DNA of 41,104 nucleotides from a virus (Duplodnaviria; Heunggongvirae; Uroviricota; Caudoviricetes): IMG/VR virus record IMGVR_UViG_2617270992_000014; one strand, 5' to 3'. Shown piece by piece: positions 16,790 to 25,863 of this stretch (position 1 is its first letter; each line of letters starts with the position of its first letter). The notes under the pieces were generated by a model. It saw only the letters and a program-made list of their open reading frames with translations, ran no database searches and was not told where the DNA came from. The position numbers and the translations under genes were made by a program.

Positions 16790-17215
16790 ATGTTTGGTAT
16801 TTTCAAAAAGAAAACCCGCAAGGCCATTACTGAAGTAAAGAAAATGGAGAACCGCGACGCAGTGGAGGCGACCGTCTGGGGTGCGTATTCCATCGCATTC
16901 GCCGACGGCACCTGTGATGCGAAAGAAATCGCGGTGCTGGAGAAAACCATTGCAGCACTTCCTGCTTTTGCGCCGTTCTCCGGTGAGATTGCACAAATGA
17001 GTGCAAATATCCGCGCCCGTTATGAAGCGTCGCCGCGCTCTGCCAATGCCGAAGCTCTTCGTCAGCTGGCTGATGTTGCCGGTACTGATGATGCAGTTAA
17101 TGTGCTGTGCCTGTGTCTGGATATCGCTGACCAGGATGGCATTGGTCCGGATGAAGAAGCACAGCTCAAGAAAATTGCTCAGGCGCTGCAGTTACCGCTG
17201 GAGCAGTACCTGTGA
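16790..17215 (+). CDS. TerB-like (tellurite-resistance TerB domain) protein
   Basis: 141-aa ORF; WGAYSIAFADGTCDAKEIAVLEKTIA and LCLCLDIADQDGIGPDEEAQLKKIAQALQLP follow the two-lobed TerB pattern as recalled from TerB sequences. Confidence 0.55.
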   Translation: MFGIFKKKTRKAITEVKKMENRDAVEATVWGAYSIAFADGTCDAKEIAVLEKTIAALPAFAPFSGEIAQMSANIRARYEASPRSANAEALRQLADVAGTDDAVNVLCLCLDIADQDGIGPDEEAQLKKIAQALQLPLEQYL

Positions 17216-17364
17216 AAAGTGCGCGCCTTGTGCTGGCTGTCATCCTGCTGTTTCTGGTAGTGGTGGTGGATTTCACCGGACGGCTGATGTCGGTGCTGGC
17301 AGATGGCGTGCTGGTGGCGATGGCGCTGGTCGTGCTCCGGCCTTTACTGCGTAAATCTGAATAA
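17212..17364 (+). CDS. Candidate 50-aa hydrophobic membrane peptide translationally coupled to the TerB-like gene
   Basis: Own translation from a GTG overlapping the TerB-like TGA: VKSARLVLAVILLFLVVVVDFTGRLMSVLADGVLVAMALVVLRPLLRKSE; below the ORF-track cut-off. Confidence 0.3.
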   Translation: MKSARLVLAVILLFLVVVVDFTGRLMSVLADGVLVAMALVVLRPLLRKSE

Positions 17365-17411
17365 CACCAAACAAAAGGCATCTGCGGGTGCCTTTGACGG
17401 GGTGTTTTTAC

Positions 17412-17437
17412 GGGCCGCTGGTGGCCCTTTTTTATTT
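17412..17437 (+). terminator. Intrinsic terminator immediately upstream of the lysis cassette
   Basis: GGGCC-GCTGGT-GGCCC hairpin followed by TTTTTTATTT; preceded by a second hairpin (AAGGCA...TGCCTT) at 17375-17394. Confidence 0.65.
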
Positions 17438-17452
17438 ACAGGAGAAAAAAGT

Positions 17453-17845
17453 ATGTCTGAACCCTTATCCGGTTCCGGCACGGCTGCGGCGCTCGGCGGG
17501 GCGACGGTATTCGGGCTGTTTACCGGAACGGATTTCGGGATTGTGTTTGGTGCGTTCGCCGGGGCGTTATTTGTGGCAACGATGCCGCAGAAGATTTCAG
17601 CCTGGCGTGTGGCGGCACATTTTCTGGTGTCGTTCATTGTTGGTGTACTGGGGGCGCGTGTACTGTCAGCCTGGATTGCATCAAAAACAGGTTATGACGG
17701 TGCACCTGTTGACGCATTGTGTGCAGTACTGGTGTCAGTGGTGGCGGTGAAGATTCTGTCATTCATCCACCAGCAGGATATTGCATCACTGGTGTCCGGC
17801 CTGTTCTCCCGTCTGCGTGGCGGAGGAGGCGGCAATGTTAAGTAA
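17453..17845 (+). CDS. Putative holin (multi-TMD membrane protein)
   Basis: AGGAG 7 nt upstream of the ATG at 17453; about 130 aa with Gly/Ala-rich hydrophobic segments; first gene of the lysis cluster directly upstream of the endolysin. Confidence 0.55.
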   Translation: MSEPLSGSGTAAALGGATVFGLFTGTDFGIVFGAFAGALFVATMPQKISAWRVAAHFLVSFIVGVLGARVLSAWIASKTGYDGAPVDALCAVLVSVVAVKILSFIHQQDIASLVSGLFSRLRGGGGGNVK

Positions 17846-18110
17846 CCTTCCCGGATTGCTGAATGTGGCGTTATGCACGGTTATCGTGCTGACGCTCTTT
17901 TTTTATCGTCGCCGTGACTCCAGACACAAACCGCTGATGTCATGGCTGGCCTGGCTGCTGATGCTGCTTTATGGCTTTGCTCCACTCAGCTATCTGTGTG
18001 GTCGCCCGTTAGCAACGGGCTGGCTGGAAGTGTTTTTTAATCTGTTGTTCTGCGTGCTGGTAATAAGCGCACGCGGGAACGTCGCAAGAATCTTTCCATT
18101 GTTGAGGTGA
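17835..18110 (+). CDS. Second lysis-cassette membrane protein (holin or antiholin-like)
   Basis: About 92 aa with two or three hydrophobic segments; GGAGGAGG upstream; start overlaps the previous stop and its stop overlaps the endolysin start. Confidence 0.5.
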   Translation: MLSNLPGLLNVALCTVIVLTLFFYRRRDSRHKPLMSWLAWLLMLLYGFAPLSYLCGRPLATGWLEVFFNLLFCVLVISARGNVARIFPLLR

Positions 18111-18490
18111 ATATGTCGGGTAAATTCAGATTTAGTCGTCGCAGTGAAAAAAATCTGGAGGGCGTTAAACCACAGCTGGTTGCTGTCGTTCGCCGTGCGC
18201 TGGAACTGACGGAGGTTGATTTTGGTATCACGGAAGGTCTGCGCAGTAAGTATCGCCAGAAACAGCTGGTAGCGGCAGGGAAAAGCCAGACCATGAACAG
18301 CCGCCACCTTACAGGTGATGCGGTGGATGTTGTTGCCTGGGTTGGCAGCCAGGTGTCATGGGACTGGCCTCTGTACGAGAAAATCGCACAGGCATTTAAG
18401 CAGGCTGCCGCAGAGCTGGGGATCGCTATCGAATGGGGCGGGGACTGGAAAACGCTGAAAGACGGACCTCACTTTCAGCTGAAGCGATAA
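18107..18490 (+). CDS. Endolysin, peptidase M15-type (zinc D-Ala-D-Ala carboxypeptidase-like fold)
   Basis: 127-aa ORF; SRHLTGDAVDVVAW, WDW and IEWGGDW...GPHFQL resemble the metal-binding segments of small M15-family phage endolysins as recalled. Confidence 0.7.
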   Translation: MNMSGKFRFSRRSEKNLEGVKPQLVAVVRRALELTEVDFGITEGLRSKYRQKQLVAAGKSQTMNSRHLTGDAVDVVAWVGSQVSWDWPLYEKIAQAFKQAAAELGIAIEWGGDWKTLKDGPHFQLKR

Positions 18491-18499
18491 GTAAAACAA

Positions 18500-18531
18500 A
18501 ACCCCGGCTGGGGGAACAGTCCGGGGTTTTT
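18500..18531 (+). terminator. Intrinsic terminator after the endolysin gene
   Basis: CCCCGG ... CCGGGG stem with a 13-nt loop followed by TTTTTAGTTTT. Confidence 0.5.
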
Positions 18532-18737
18532 AGTTTTCACGTCAAAGGGGAAATTGTGATTAGTGAGTAGGGAGAAAATCCTCGTGGGAAAGTATAAAAG
18601 ATTCTTTTTGAGGTTGTCCATTATGAAAGGTATTGAAATGGAAACTCCCGCGAGCCTTGATTTGACAAGGGCTGCGGCCTTTGCAATTCGCCTTGTGGCG
18701 GTCGCTGTTCTGATTTGGGCTGTGCGTTGGTGGTGAC

Positions 18738-18920
18738 ATGAGCCGAAAACACTGGACACACAGAATGCCGCGAACGGCGGCGAAATGGGCACTGGTAGCG
18801 ATACTGGTGCCTTTTTTATTGGTGGGATGCGTCAGCCTGGATAAGGCGCGCCAGCTTTTCGATACGGCTTCTCAGGTCTGCGAAATTGTTGACGGTGTTC
18901 GGCAGTGTCTGCAGAACTGA
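18738..18920 (+). CDS. Small candidate lipoprotein (possible o-spanin-like or other moron)
   Basis: 60-aa ORF with a hydrophobic N-terminus and lipobox-like LLVGC; mature part about 30 aa with three Cys; preceded by a 37-aa hydrophobic ORF at 18624-18737. Confidence 0.35.
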   Translation: MSRKHWTHRMPRTAAKWALVAILVPFLLVGCVSLDKARQLFDTASQVCEIVDGVRQCLQN

Positions 18921-19091
18921 TCGCCCGTAAGAGCAGAATATTTTGCTGAAAAATGAAAGATGCGTCAGCGCCCGGAAAGCATGAAATTCTGTGTTTGCGG
19001 TCATTCAATAAAATAAATTCTTTCTTTCGCCGCGAATACTCAAATGTTGATCAGCGCCCGGTGCGGCGACGGGCTTCGATATCAGGAGACG

Positions 19092-19370
19092 ATGATGGAA
19101 AAAACAGAAAATAAACCGATTTTAGTTGGTGTCGCGTCTATTCCGTTTAAGTTTGAACTGTCACAACTGGTGGAAGTACGCATCAGTGATGAATGGGGTG
19201 AGGTTAAAGCTCGCGCTCAGTATGCGGATGGCGAAAACCAGTACTTGCTCCACTACAAAGCTGCTGATGGTCGTGCCACGACGGAGTGGTTTGGTGAATC
19301 AATGCTGGAAGCAACAGAAGATGCTCGTCATCCGGGCTGTCCAGTATTTGCCTTCATGAAATTACCGTAA
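19092..19370 (+). CDS. Hypothetical protein between lysis and packaging genes
   Basis: About 92 aa from the ATG at 19092, AGGAG 4-5 nt upstream; the track ORF starts further upstream at 19044. Confidence 0.45.
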   Translation: MMEKTENKPILVGVASIPFKFELSQLVEVRISDEWGEVKARAQYADGENQYLLHYKAADGRATTEWFGESMLEATEDARHPGCPVFAFMKLP

Positions 19371-19452
19371 GGCGCAGTTGTTACTGAGTAACAGGCATTA
19401 CAGCAGCCCTTCAGTGAGGGGCTGCGATAATGCCGGTATTAAGGAGATTCCA

Positions 19453-19803
19453 ATGCCATCACGAATCCCCCGCGCATGCCGTAAGCGAGGTTGCGCAGGC
19501 ACAACAACAGACAGCTCTGGCTACTGCGATAAACATCGGGGTGAAGGCTGGGTGCAGCACCAGCGCGGACTGAGCCGCCACCAGCGTGGCTATGGCTCAA
19601 AATGGACGGTGATTCGAGCCCGTATTCTGAAGCGCGATAAAGGTCTGTGTCAGTTGTGTCTGCGTGTCGGTGTGGTGCGCGAGGCGAAAACTGTCGACCA
19701 CATCATCCCGAAAGCACATGGCGGAACAGATGCAGACAGCAACCTGCAGAGTCTGTGCTGGCCCTGCCACAAAGCGAAAACAGCGCACGAACGAATCAGG
19801 TGA
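19453..19803 (+). CDS. HNH endonuclease (terminase-associated)
   Basis: AAGGAG 6 nt upstream of the ATG at 19453; Cys-rich N-terminus and the HNH core VDHIIPKAHGGTDADSNLQSLCWPCHKAKT. Confidence 0.8.
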   Translation: MPSRIPRACRKRGCAGTTTDSSGYCDKHRGEGWVQHQRGLSRHQRGYGSKWTVIRARILKRDKGLCQLCLRVGVVREAKTVDHIIPKAHGGTDADSNLQSLCWPCHKAKTAHERIR

Positions 19804-19950
19804 TAATTATTCTCACTTGTGGGGAGGGGCGGGTCAAATCCCTGCAACCCTGGCTGTCCGGGACCGCCCGCCAACCCTTCTTCGCATCGCCGCAGGTTCG
19901 AAAACTTTTTTTTGGGAATGCGATCAAACGATTGATAGGTAAAACCGATT

Positions 19951-20433
19951 ATGTCAGGACCCCCGAAAACCCCGCCACGCCTGCATTTGATACGAGGCAA
20001 CCCCTCAAAGCGTCCCGTTAAAGACTCTAAAAAAACCGCTAAAAAGGACGAAAAAGGTCTCCCTAAAATTCCGCAGCATTTAGGGGCGCAGGGGAAGTAC
20101 TGGTTCAGGCGAATGGCGGAAGAGCTGAATGCGGAAGGGATCATTTCTCAGCTTGATGCGCGTGCACTCGAGTTACTGGTGGAAGCCTACACCGAATACC
20201 GGCATCACTGCGAAATACTCGATGTTGAGGGTTATACCTACCGCACGGAAACGCAGAACGGTGATGTGCTGATTAAGGCACACCCGGCTGCTGCGATGAA
20301 AGCGGATGCCTGGAAGCGGATCCGGGCGATGCTTGCAGAGTTTGGTATGTCACCGGCAAGCCGGGCGAAAGTAAATACCGCCGGACCGGATGATGTTGAT
20401 CCGCTGGCGGAACTTTTAAAAGCGAGAGACTGA
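19951..20433 (+). CDS. Terminase small subunit (P27-family type)
   Basis: 160-aa ORF immediately upstream of and coupled to the large terminase (stop overlaps its ATG); size and composition typical of P27-family small subunits. Confidence 0.75.
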   Translation: MSGPPKTPPRLHLIRGNPSKRPVKDSKKTAKKDEKGLPKIPQHLGAQGKYWFRRMAEELNAEGIISQLDARALELLVEAYTEYRHHCEILDVEGYTYRTETQNGDVLIKAHPAAAMKADAWKRIRAMLAEFGMSPASRAKVNTAGPDDVDPLAELLKARD

Positions 20434-22190
20434 TGGCAAAAGTGGCTGACGGGATCCGCTACGCCGAACGTGTTGTTGCAGGAGAAATTGTCGCTGGCGA
20501 ATTTGTCCGTCTGGCCTGCCAGCGTTTTCTTGATGATCTGAAGTACGGCGAAGAGCGGGGGATTTATTTCAGTGAACCCCGTGCGCAGCACATCCTGAAT
20601 TTCTACAAATTTGTGCCCCATGTAAAAGGGGCGCTGGCAGGCCAGCCCATTGAGTTGATGGACTGGCATGTTTTTATCCTCATTAATATTTTTGGTTTTG
20701 TCATTCCGCTGGTGAATGAAGAGACCGGGGAAGTTGTCATGCGCAGCGATGGCAGCGGACGCCCGGTGATGGTGCGCCGGTTCCGTACGGCGTACAACGA
20801 AGTCGCCCGTAAAAACGCAAAATCAACCCTGTCATCGGGTATCGGCCTGTATATGACGGGGGCAGATGGTGAAGGCGGTGCTGAGGTGTATTCAGCCGCA
20901 ACCACGCGTGACCAGGCCAGAATTGTGTTTGAAGACGCCAAAAATATGGTCAGAAAAGCCCGGTCGACACTCGGGCGATTGTTTGATTTCAACAAGCTGG
21001 CGATTTACCAGGAGCAGAGCGCATCAAAATTTGAACCGCTTTCCTCGGATGCAAACAACCTGGACGGTCTGAACATCCACTGCGCCATTATTGATGAGCT
21101 GCATGCACATAAAACCCGCGACGTGTGGGACGTTCTGGAAACGGCAACCGGTGCCCGTCTGCAGTCCCTGTTATTTGGTATCACCACGGCGGGCTTTAAC
21201 AAGGAAGGGATTTGTTACGAGCAACGCGATTACGCCATCAAGGTATTGCGAGGCTATAACAGCGACGTGGAGGGCGCGGTAAAAGATGATTCCTACTTTG
21301 CGATTATTTACACGCTCGATGAGGGAGATGATCCGTTTGATGAAACGGTCTGGCAGAAAGCGAATCCCGGCCTGGGCATCTGTAAACGCTGGGATGATCT
21401 GCGTCGTCTGGCGAAAAAAGCGAAAGAACAGGTCTCTGCGCGGGTGAATTTTTTTACCAAACACATGAATGTGTGGGTAACAGCAGAGTCTGCCTGGATG
21501 GACATGATTAAGTGGGAGAAATGCGAATATATTGCCCCACGACATGAGCTTAAAACGTATCCCATGTGGGTCGGCGTCGACCTTGCTCATAAGATTGATA
21601 TCTGTGCGGCGGCAAAACTCTGGCGAACCGATAACGGACATGTTCATGCTGATTTTAAATTCTGGCTCCCGGAAGGACGGCTGGAGCGGTGCTCGCGGCA
21701 GCAGGCAGAACTTTACCGGAAATGGGCGGAGATGGATAAGCTCATCCTGACGGATGGTGATGTTATCGATCATGCTCAGATAAAAAGTGACTTACTGGAA
21801 TGGATTGGTGGTGAAAACCTGAGGGAGCTGGGATTTGACCCGTGGAGTGCAATGCAGTTCAGTCTGGCTCTGGCTGAAGAAGGGATACCGCTGGTGGAAG
21901 TTCCGCAGACGGTCCGCAATCTGTCAGAGGCTATGAAGGAAACGGAATCACTGGTCTATGCCGGGCGTTTTCACCACAGCAATCACCCGGTCATGAACTG
22001 GATGATGTCTAACGTTACGGTAAAACCGGACAAAAACGACAATATCTTCCCGAACAAATCCACGCCTGAAGCCAAAATCGACGGTCCTGTTGCGATGTTT
22101 ACAGCAATGAGCCGGATGCTGGTCAATGGCGGTGAACCGGAGCCGGATCTGTCTGAGCATCTGGTCAGCGTTGGTATTCGCTCGCTTTAA
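20433..22190 (+). CDS. Terminase large subunit
   Basis: 585-aa ORF at the canonical position before the portal; N-terminal ATPase-like and C-terminal nuclease-like regions consistent with the HK97-type large terminase. Confidence 0.9.
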   Translation: MAKVADGIRYAERVVAGEIVAGEFVRLACQRFLDDLKYGEERGIYFSEPRAQHILNFYKFVPHVKGALAGQPIELMDWHVFILINIFGFVIPLVNEETGEVVMRSDGSGRPVMVRRFRTAYNEVARKNAKSTLSSGIGLYMTGADGEGGAEVYSAATTRDQARIVFEDAKNMVRKARSTLGRLFDFNKLAIYQEQSASKFEPLSSDANNLDGLNIHCAIIDELHAHKTRDVWDVLETATGARLQSLLFGITTAGFNKEGICYEQRDYAIKVLRGYNSDVEGAVKDDSYFAIIYTLDEGDDPFDETVWQKANPGLGICKRWDDLRRLAKKAKEQVSARVNFFTKHMNVWVTAESAWMDMIKWEKCEYIAPRHELKTYPMWVGVDLAHKIDICAAAKLWRTDNGHVHADFKFWLPEGRLERCSRQQAELYRKWAEMDKLILTDGDVIDHAQIKSDLLEWIGGENLRELGFDPWSAMQFSLALAEEGIPLVEVPQTVRNLSEAMKETESLVYAGRFHHSNHPVMNWMMSNVTVKPDKNDNIFPNKSTPEAKIDGPVAMFTAMSRMLVNGGEPEPDLSEHLVSVGIRSL

Positions 22191-22201
22191 CCGAGGGCAT
22201 T

Positions 22202-22384
22202 ATGTTTCTGATAATTCTCACGCCACTGGTGGGCGTGCTGGGGGCGCTTTTGCTGGCGTATGGCGCCTGGCTGATTTATCCCCCGGCAGGTTTTGTTGTT
22301 GCCGGGGCGCTGTGTCTGTGCTGGTCGTGGCTGGTTGCGCGTTATCTCGATCGCGGTCACCGGGTCGCCTCTGGAGGTGAGTAA
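22202..22384 (+). CDS. Hypothetical small membrane protein between terminase and portal
   Basis: 60-aa ORF with two hydrophobic segments; stop overlaps the portal ATG. Confidence 0.3.
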   Translation: MFLIILTPLVGVLGALLLAYGAWLIYPPAGFVVAGALCLCWSWLVARYLDRGHRVASGGE

Positions 22385-23625
22385 TGTTTTTCCAGGGGCT
22401 TTTTCAACGCAAAAATAACACCCCCGTCACAACGCCCGGGATGCTTGCGGAAGAGCTGGGGGTGTCATACGACACCTATACCGGAAAGCGGATCAGCAGC
22501 CAGCGGGCCATGCGGCTGACGGCGGTCTATTCCTGCGTCAGGGTGCTGGCTGAGTCTGTTGGTATGCTGCCCTGCAGTCTCTACAAAATCAGCGGCACCC
22601 TTAAAACACGGGCGGTGGATGAACGGCTGCATAAGCTGATTTCGGCAAAACCCAATGGCTACATGACGCCGCAGGAATTCTGGGAACTGGTTATCGTCTG
22701 CCTGTGTCTGCGGGGTAATTTTTACGCCTACAAGGTAAAGGCACTGGGGGAAGTGGTGGAGCTTCTTCCGATAGATCCGGGCTGTGTGGAACCGAAGCTG
22801 AACAGCCAGTGGCAGCCGGTTTATCAGGTGACGTTTCCGGATGGTTCCGTGGATGTGCTGACCCAGAATGAAATCTGGCATGTGCGTACCCTGACGCTGG
22901 ATGGACTTGTCGGTCTGAATCCCATTGCATATGCGCGCGAGGCCATTTCACTGGCAGCGGCAACCGAGGAGCATGGTGCCAGATTGTTTGGCAATGGCGC
23001 GGTAACATCCGGTGTGTTGCGTACGGATCAACAACTTTCTGACCAGGCTTATGCGCGTATCAAAAAGGATTTTGAGGAACGGCATGTCGGGCTGGGAAAC
23101 TCTCATCGTCCGATGATTCTGGAAATGGGGCTGGACTGGAAAACGGTGGCACTGAATGCCGAGGACAGCCAGTTCCTGGAAACCCGCAAGTTTCAGCTGG
23201 AAGAAATCTGTCGCCTGTTCCGCGTGCCGCTGCATATGGTGCAGAACACCGATCGCGCCACCTTCAACAATATTGAAGAGCTGGGGCTTGGTTTCATTAA
23301 CTATTCCCTTGTGCCGTATCTGACCCGTATTGAGCAGCGGATCAATACAGGGCTGGTCAGGGAGAGCAAGCAGGGAAAATTTTACGCCAAGTTTAATGCC
23401 GGAGCATTGTTGCGTGGCGACATGAAATCCCGCTTTGAAGCGTATGCCACGGGGATCAACTGGGGGATTTATTCCCCTAATGACTGCCGTGATCTGGAAG
23501 ATATGAATCCCCGACCGGGCGGTGATGTGTATCTGACACCGATGAACATGACCACCAGTCCCTCTGCTGGCGATGACAACGGTAAGAAAAAGGAGAGTGG
23601 AGATGCAGACAAAACAGCGTCTTGA
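22384..23625 (+). CDS. Portal protein (HK97 family)
   Basis: 413-aa ORF with GGAGG upstream; position and size typical of HK97-type portals. Confidence 0.9.
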   Translation: MFFQGLFQRKNNTPVTTPGMLAEELGVSYDTYTGKRISSQRAMRLTAVYSCVRVLAESVGMLPCSLYKISGTLKTRAVDERLHKLISAKPNGYMTPQEFWELVIVCLCLRGNFYAYKVKALGEVVELLPIDPGCVEPKLNSQWQPVYQVTFPDGSVDVLTQNEIWHVRTLTLDGLVGLNPIAYAREAISLAAATEEHGARLFGNGAVTSGVLRTDQQLSDQAYARIKKDFEERHVGLGNSHRPMILEMGLDWKTVALNAEDSQFLETRKFQLEEICRLFRVPLHMVQNTDRATFNNIEELGLGFINYSLVPYLTRIEQRINTGLVRESKQGKFYAKFNAGALLRGDMKSRFEAYATGINWGIYSPNDCRDLEDMNPRPGGDVYLTPMNMTTSPSAGDDNGKKKESGDADKTAS

Positions 23626-24253
23626 TATACCGCTGAACCTGAAATCCGTCAGTGATTCCGGGGAATTTGAAGGTTACGGTTCTGTTTTTGGTGTTAAGGA
23701 CAGCCACGATGATGTGGTGGTCCCCGGAGCCTTTACCACAACACTCCAGAAATGGAGCGAAAAAAAGGCGCTGCCTGCGTTGCTCTGGCAGCACCGCATG
23801 GATGAGCCCATCGGTGTGTACACCGAAATGAAAGAAGATGATGTCGGGCTTTATGTCAGGGGACGATTACTCATTGATGATGATCCCCTGGCAAAACGTG
23901 CACATGCCCATATGAAGGCCGGTTCTTTAACCGGCCTTTCTATTGGCTACATCCTGAAAGACTGGGAGTACGACCGGGAAAAAGGGGTATTCCTGCTGAA
24001 AGAGATCGACCTGTGGGAGGTCAGTCTGGTGACGTTTCCTTCCAATGATGAAGCACGCATCAGCGATGTGAAAAATGCGCTGGCGCGTGGGGAGATCCCT
24101 GATCAGAAAATTATTGAGCGGGTCCTGCGCGATGTTGGACTCTCGCGAACCCAGGCCAAAGCATTCATGGCCGGGGGATATGGCGCTTTATCCCTGCGTG
24201 ATGCTGAGGATGTGGATGCCGCACTGAATGCACTGAAAAATCTTAAATTTTAA
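23603..24253 (+). CDS. Prohead maturation protease (HK97 family)
   Basis: About 216 aa from the ATG at 23603 (AGGAG upstream; longer alternative start at 23573); sits between portal and major capsid as in HK97-type head modules. Confidence 0.8.
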   Translation: MQTKQRLDIPLNLKSVSDSGEFEGYGSVFGVKDSHDDVVVPGAFTTTLQKWSEKKALPALLWQHRMDEPIGVYTEMKEDDVGLYVRGRLLIDDDPLAKRAHAHMKAGSLTGLSIGYILKDWEYDREKGVFLLKEIDLWEVSLVTFPSNDEARISDVKNALARGEIPDQKIIERVLRDVGLSRTQAKAFMAGGYGALSLRDAEDVDAALNALKNLKF

Positions 24254-24266
24254 TCAGGAGTAAATA

Positions 24267-25493
24267 ATGGCTGTTGATATTAAAGACGTTGAACAGGTCG
24301 CGCAGGATTTGCAGCAGAAGTTTGACGATTTTAAGGCAAAAAACGACAAGCGCATTGACGCGATCGAACAGGAAAAAGGCAAGCTGGCCGAACAGGTGGA
24401 AAGCCTGAACGGGCAAATCAGCGAGCTGGAGAACCTGAAAAGCGACCTGGAAAAAGAGCTGGCAGACATCAAGCGTCCGGCAGGCGGCACGCAAAATAAA
24501 GTTGCCGGTGAACACAAAGAAGCGTTTATCGGATTTCTGCGCAAGGGGCGTGAAGACGGTCTGCGTGAACTTGAACGTAAGGCGCTTCAGGTAGGTAATG
24601 ATGAAGATGGTGGTTATGCCATTCCGGAAGAACTGGATCGTACCATCCTGACGCTGCTGAAAGATGAGGTGGTGATGCGCCAGGAAGCCACTGTGATCAC
24701 CCTCGGTGGCTCGGATTATAAAAAACTGGTGAATCTGGGCGGCACAACGTCCGGATGGGTGGGGGAAACGGATGCTCGTCCGGAAACCGCCACCTCAAAA
24801 CTGGGTCTGATTGAACCCTTTATGGGGGAAATCTACGGCAACCCGCAGGCCACCCAGAAAATGCTCGATGATGCTTTCTTCAATGTGGAAGACTGGATCA
24901 ACAGTGAGCTGGCGCTGGAATTTGCCGAGCAGGAAGAAATTGCCTTTACCAGTGGCGACGGCAGCAAAAAACCAAAAGGTTTTCTGGCTTACGAGTCCAC
25001 CGATGAAGATGACAAGACCCGTGCGTTTGGCAAACTTCAGCACATTGCTTCCGGTGCGGCTTCCGGCGTGACTGCCGATGCGATCATTAAACTGATTTAC
25101 ACCCTGCGCAAGGCGCACCGCAGCGGCGCGAAGTTTATGATGAACAACAGCAGCCTGTTTGCCATTCGTCTGCTGAAGGATAACGACGGAAATTATCTGT
25201 GGCGTCCGGGTATTGAGCTGGGTCAGCCTTCTTCTCTGGCAGGGTATGGCATCGTTGAGAATGAACAGATGCCGGATATTGCTGCCGATGCAAAAGCCAT
25301 TGCGTTTGGTAACTTCAAACGTGGCTATACCATCGTTGATCGCATCGGTACCCGTATCCTGCGCGATCCGTACACCAATAAACCGTTTGTGGGTTTTTAC
25401 ACCACCAAGCGAACCGGCGGTATGCTGGTGGATTCTCAGGCGATTAAGCTGATGAAAATTGGGGCCGCAACCCGCCAGAAAGCCGCTGCGTAA
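24267..25493 (+). CDS. Major capsid protein (HK97 fold) with N-terminal coiled-coil scaffolding (delta) domain
   Basis: 408-aa ORF with AGGAG upstream; N-terminal about 100 aa is a heptad-rich coiled coil; followed by a stable hairpin at 25507-25526. Confidence 0.9.
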   Translation: MAVDIKDVEQVAQDLQQKFDDFKAKNDKRIDAIEQEKGKLAEQVESLNGQISELENLKSDLEKELADIKRPAGGTQNKVAGEHKEAFIGFLRKGREDGLRELERKALQVGNDEDGGYAIPEELDRTILTLLKDEVVMRQEATVITLGGSDYKKLVNLGGTTSGWVGETDARPETATSKLGLIEPFMGEIYGNPQATQKMLDDAFFNVEDWINSELALEFAEQEEIAFTSGDGSKKPKGFLAYESTDEDDKTRAFGKLQHIASGAASGVTADAIIKLIYTLRKAHRSGAKFMMNNSSLFAIRLLKDNDGNYLWRPGIELGQPSSLAGYGIVENEQMPDIAADAKAIAFGNFKRGYTIVDRIGTRILRDPYTNKPFVGFYTTKRTGGMLVDSQAIKLMKIGAATRQKAAA

Positions 25494-25537
25494 TGCGGTT
25501 TTTTATGCCCGCACAGTGTTGCGGGCAGGAGTTTCTG

Positions 25538-25855
25538 ATGGCAGCAATAGTGGAAAAACTCAGGGCGCAGTGCCGTATTGATACAGATGATGCAACTGAT
25601 GATGAGTTACTGATGCTGTATTTCCGGGCTGCCTGCCGCAAGGCAGAAAATTTTATCAACCGTAAGCTTTATGAGGAGACGGTGCCGGAAGGTGATCCTG
25701 ACGGGGTGCTTATAGCTGATGATGTTTTGCTGGCGCTCATGTTGCTGGTCGGACACTGGTACGAAAACCGAGAAAATTCCTCAGATGTCAGCAAGGCACC
25801 AGTCCCGTTTGGTTTTTCTTCTCTGCTGGAGCCTTATCGTTTTATTCCTTTGTAG
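25538..25855 (+). CDS. Head-tail connector (gp6-like DNA-packaging/adaptor protein)
   Basis: About 105 aa from the ATG at 25538; first gene after the major capsid protein; the track ORF starts upstream at 25493. Confidence 0.65.
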   Translation: MAAIVEKLRAQCRIDTDDATDDELLMLYFRAACRKAENFINRKLYEETVPEGDPDGVLIADDVLLALMLLVGHWYENRENSSDVSKAPVPFGFSSLLEPYRFIPL

Positions 25856-25863
25856 GAGGAACC

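Noticed and set aside
17001-17750. Alternative-frame ORFs (117-aa at 17001-17354, 120-aa at 17388-17750) and the N-terminal extension of the holin ORF to 17303
   Set aside because: They overlap the TerB-like and holin frames, cross the terminator hairpins at 17375-17437, and have Arg/Cys/Trp-rich compositions typical of off-frame translation; the ATG at 17453 with an AGGAG site is the better holin start.
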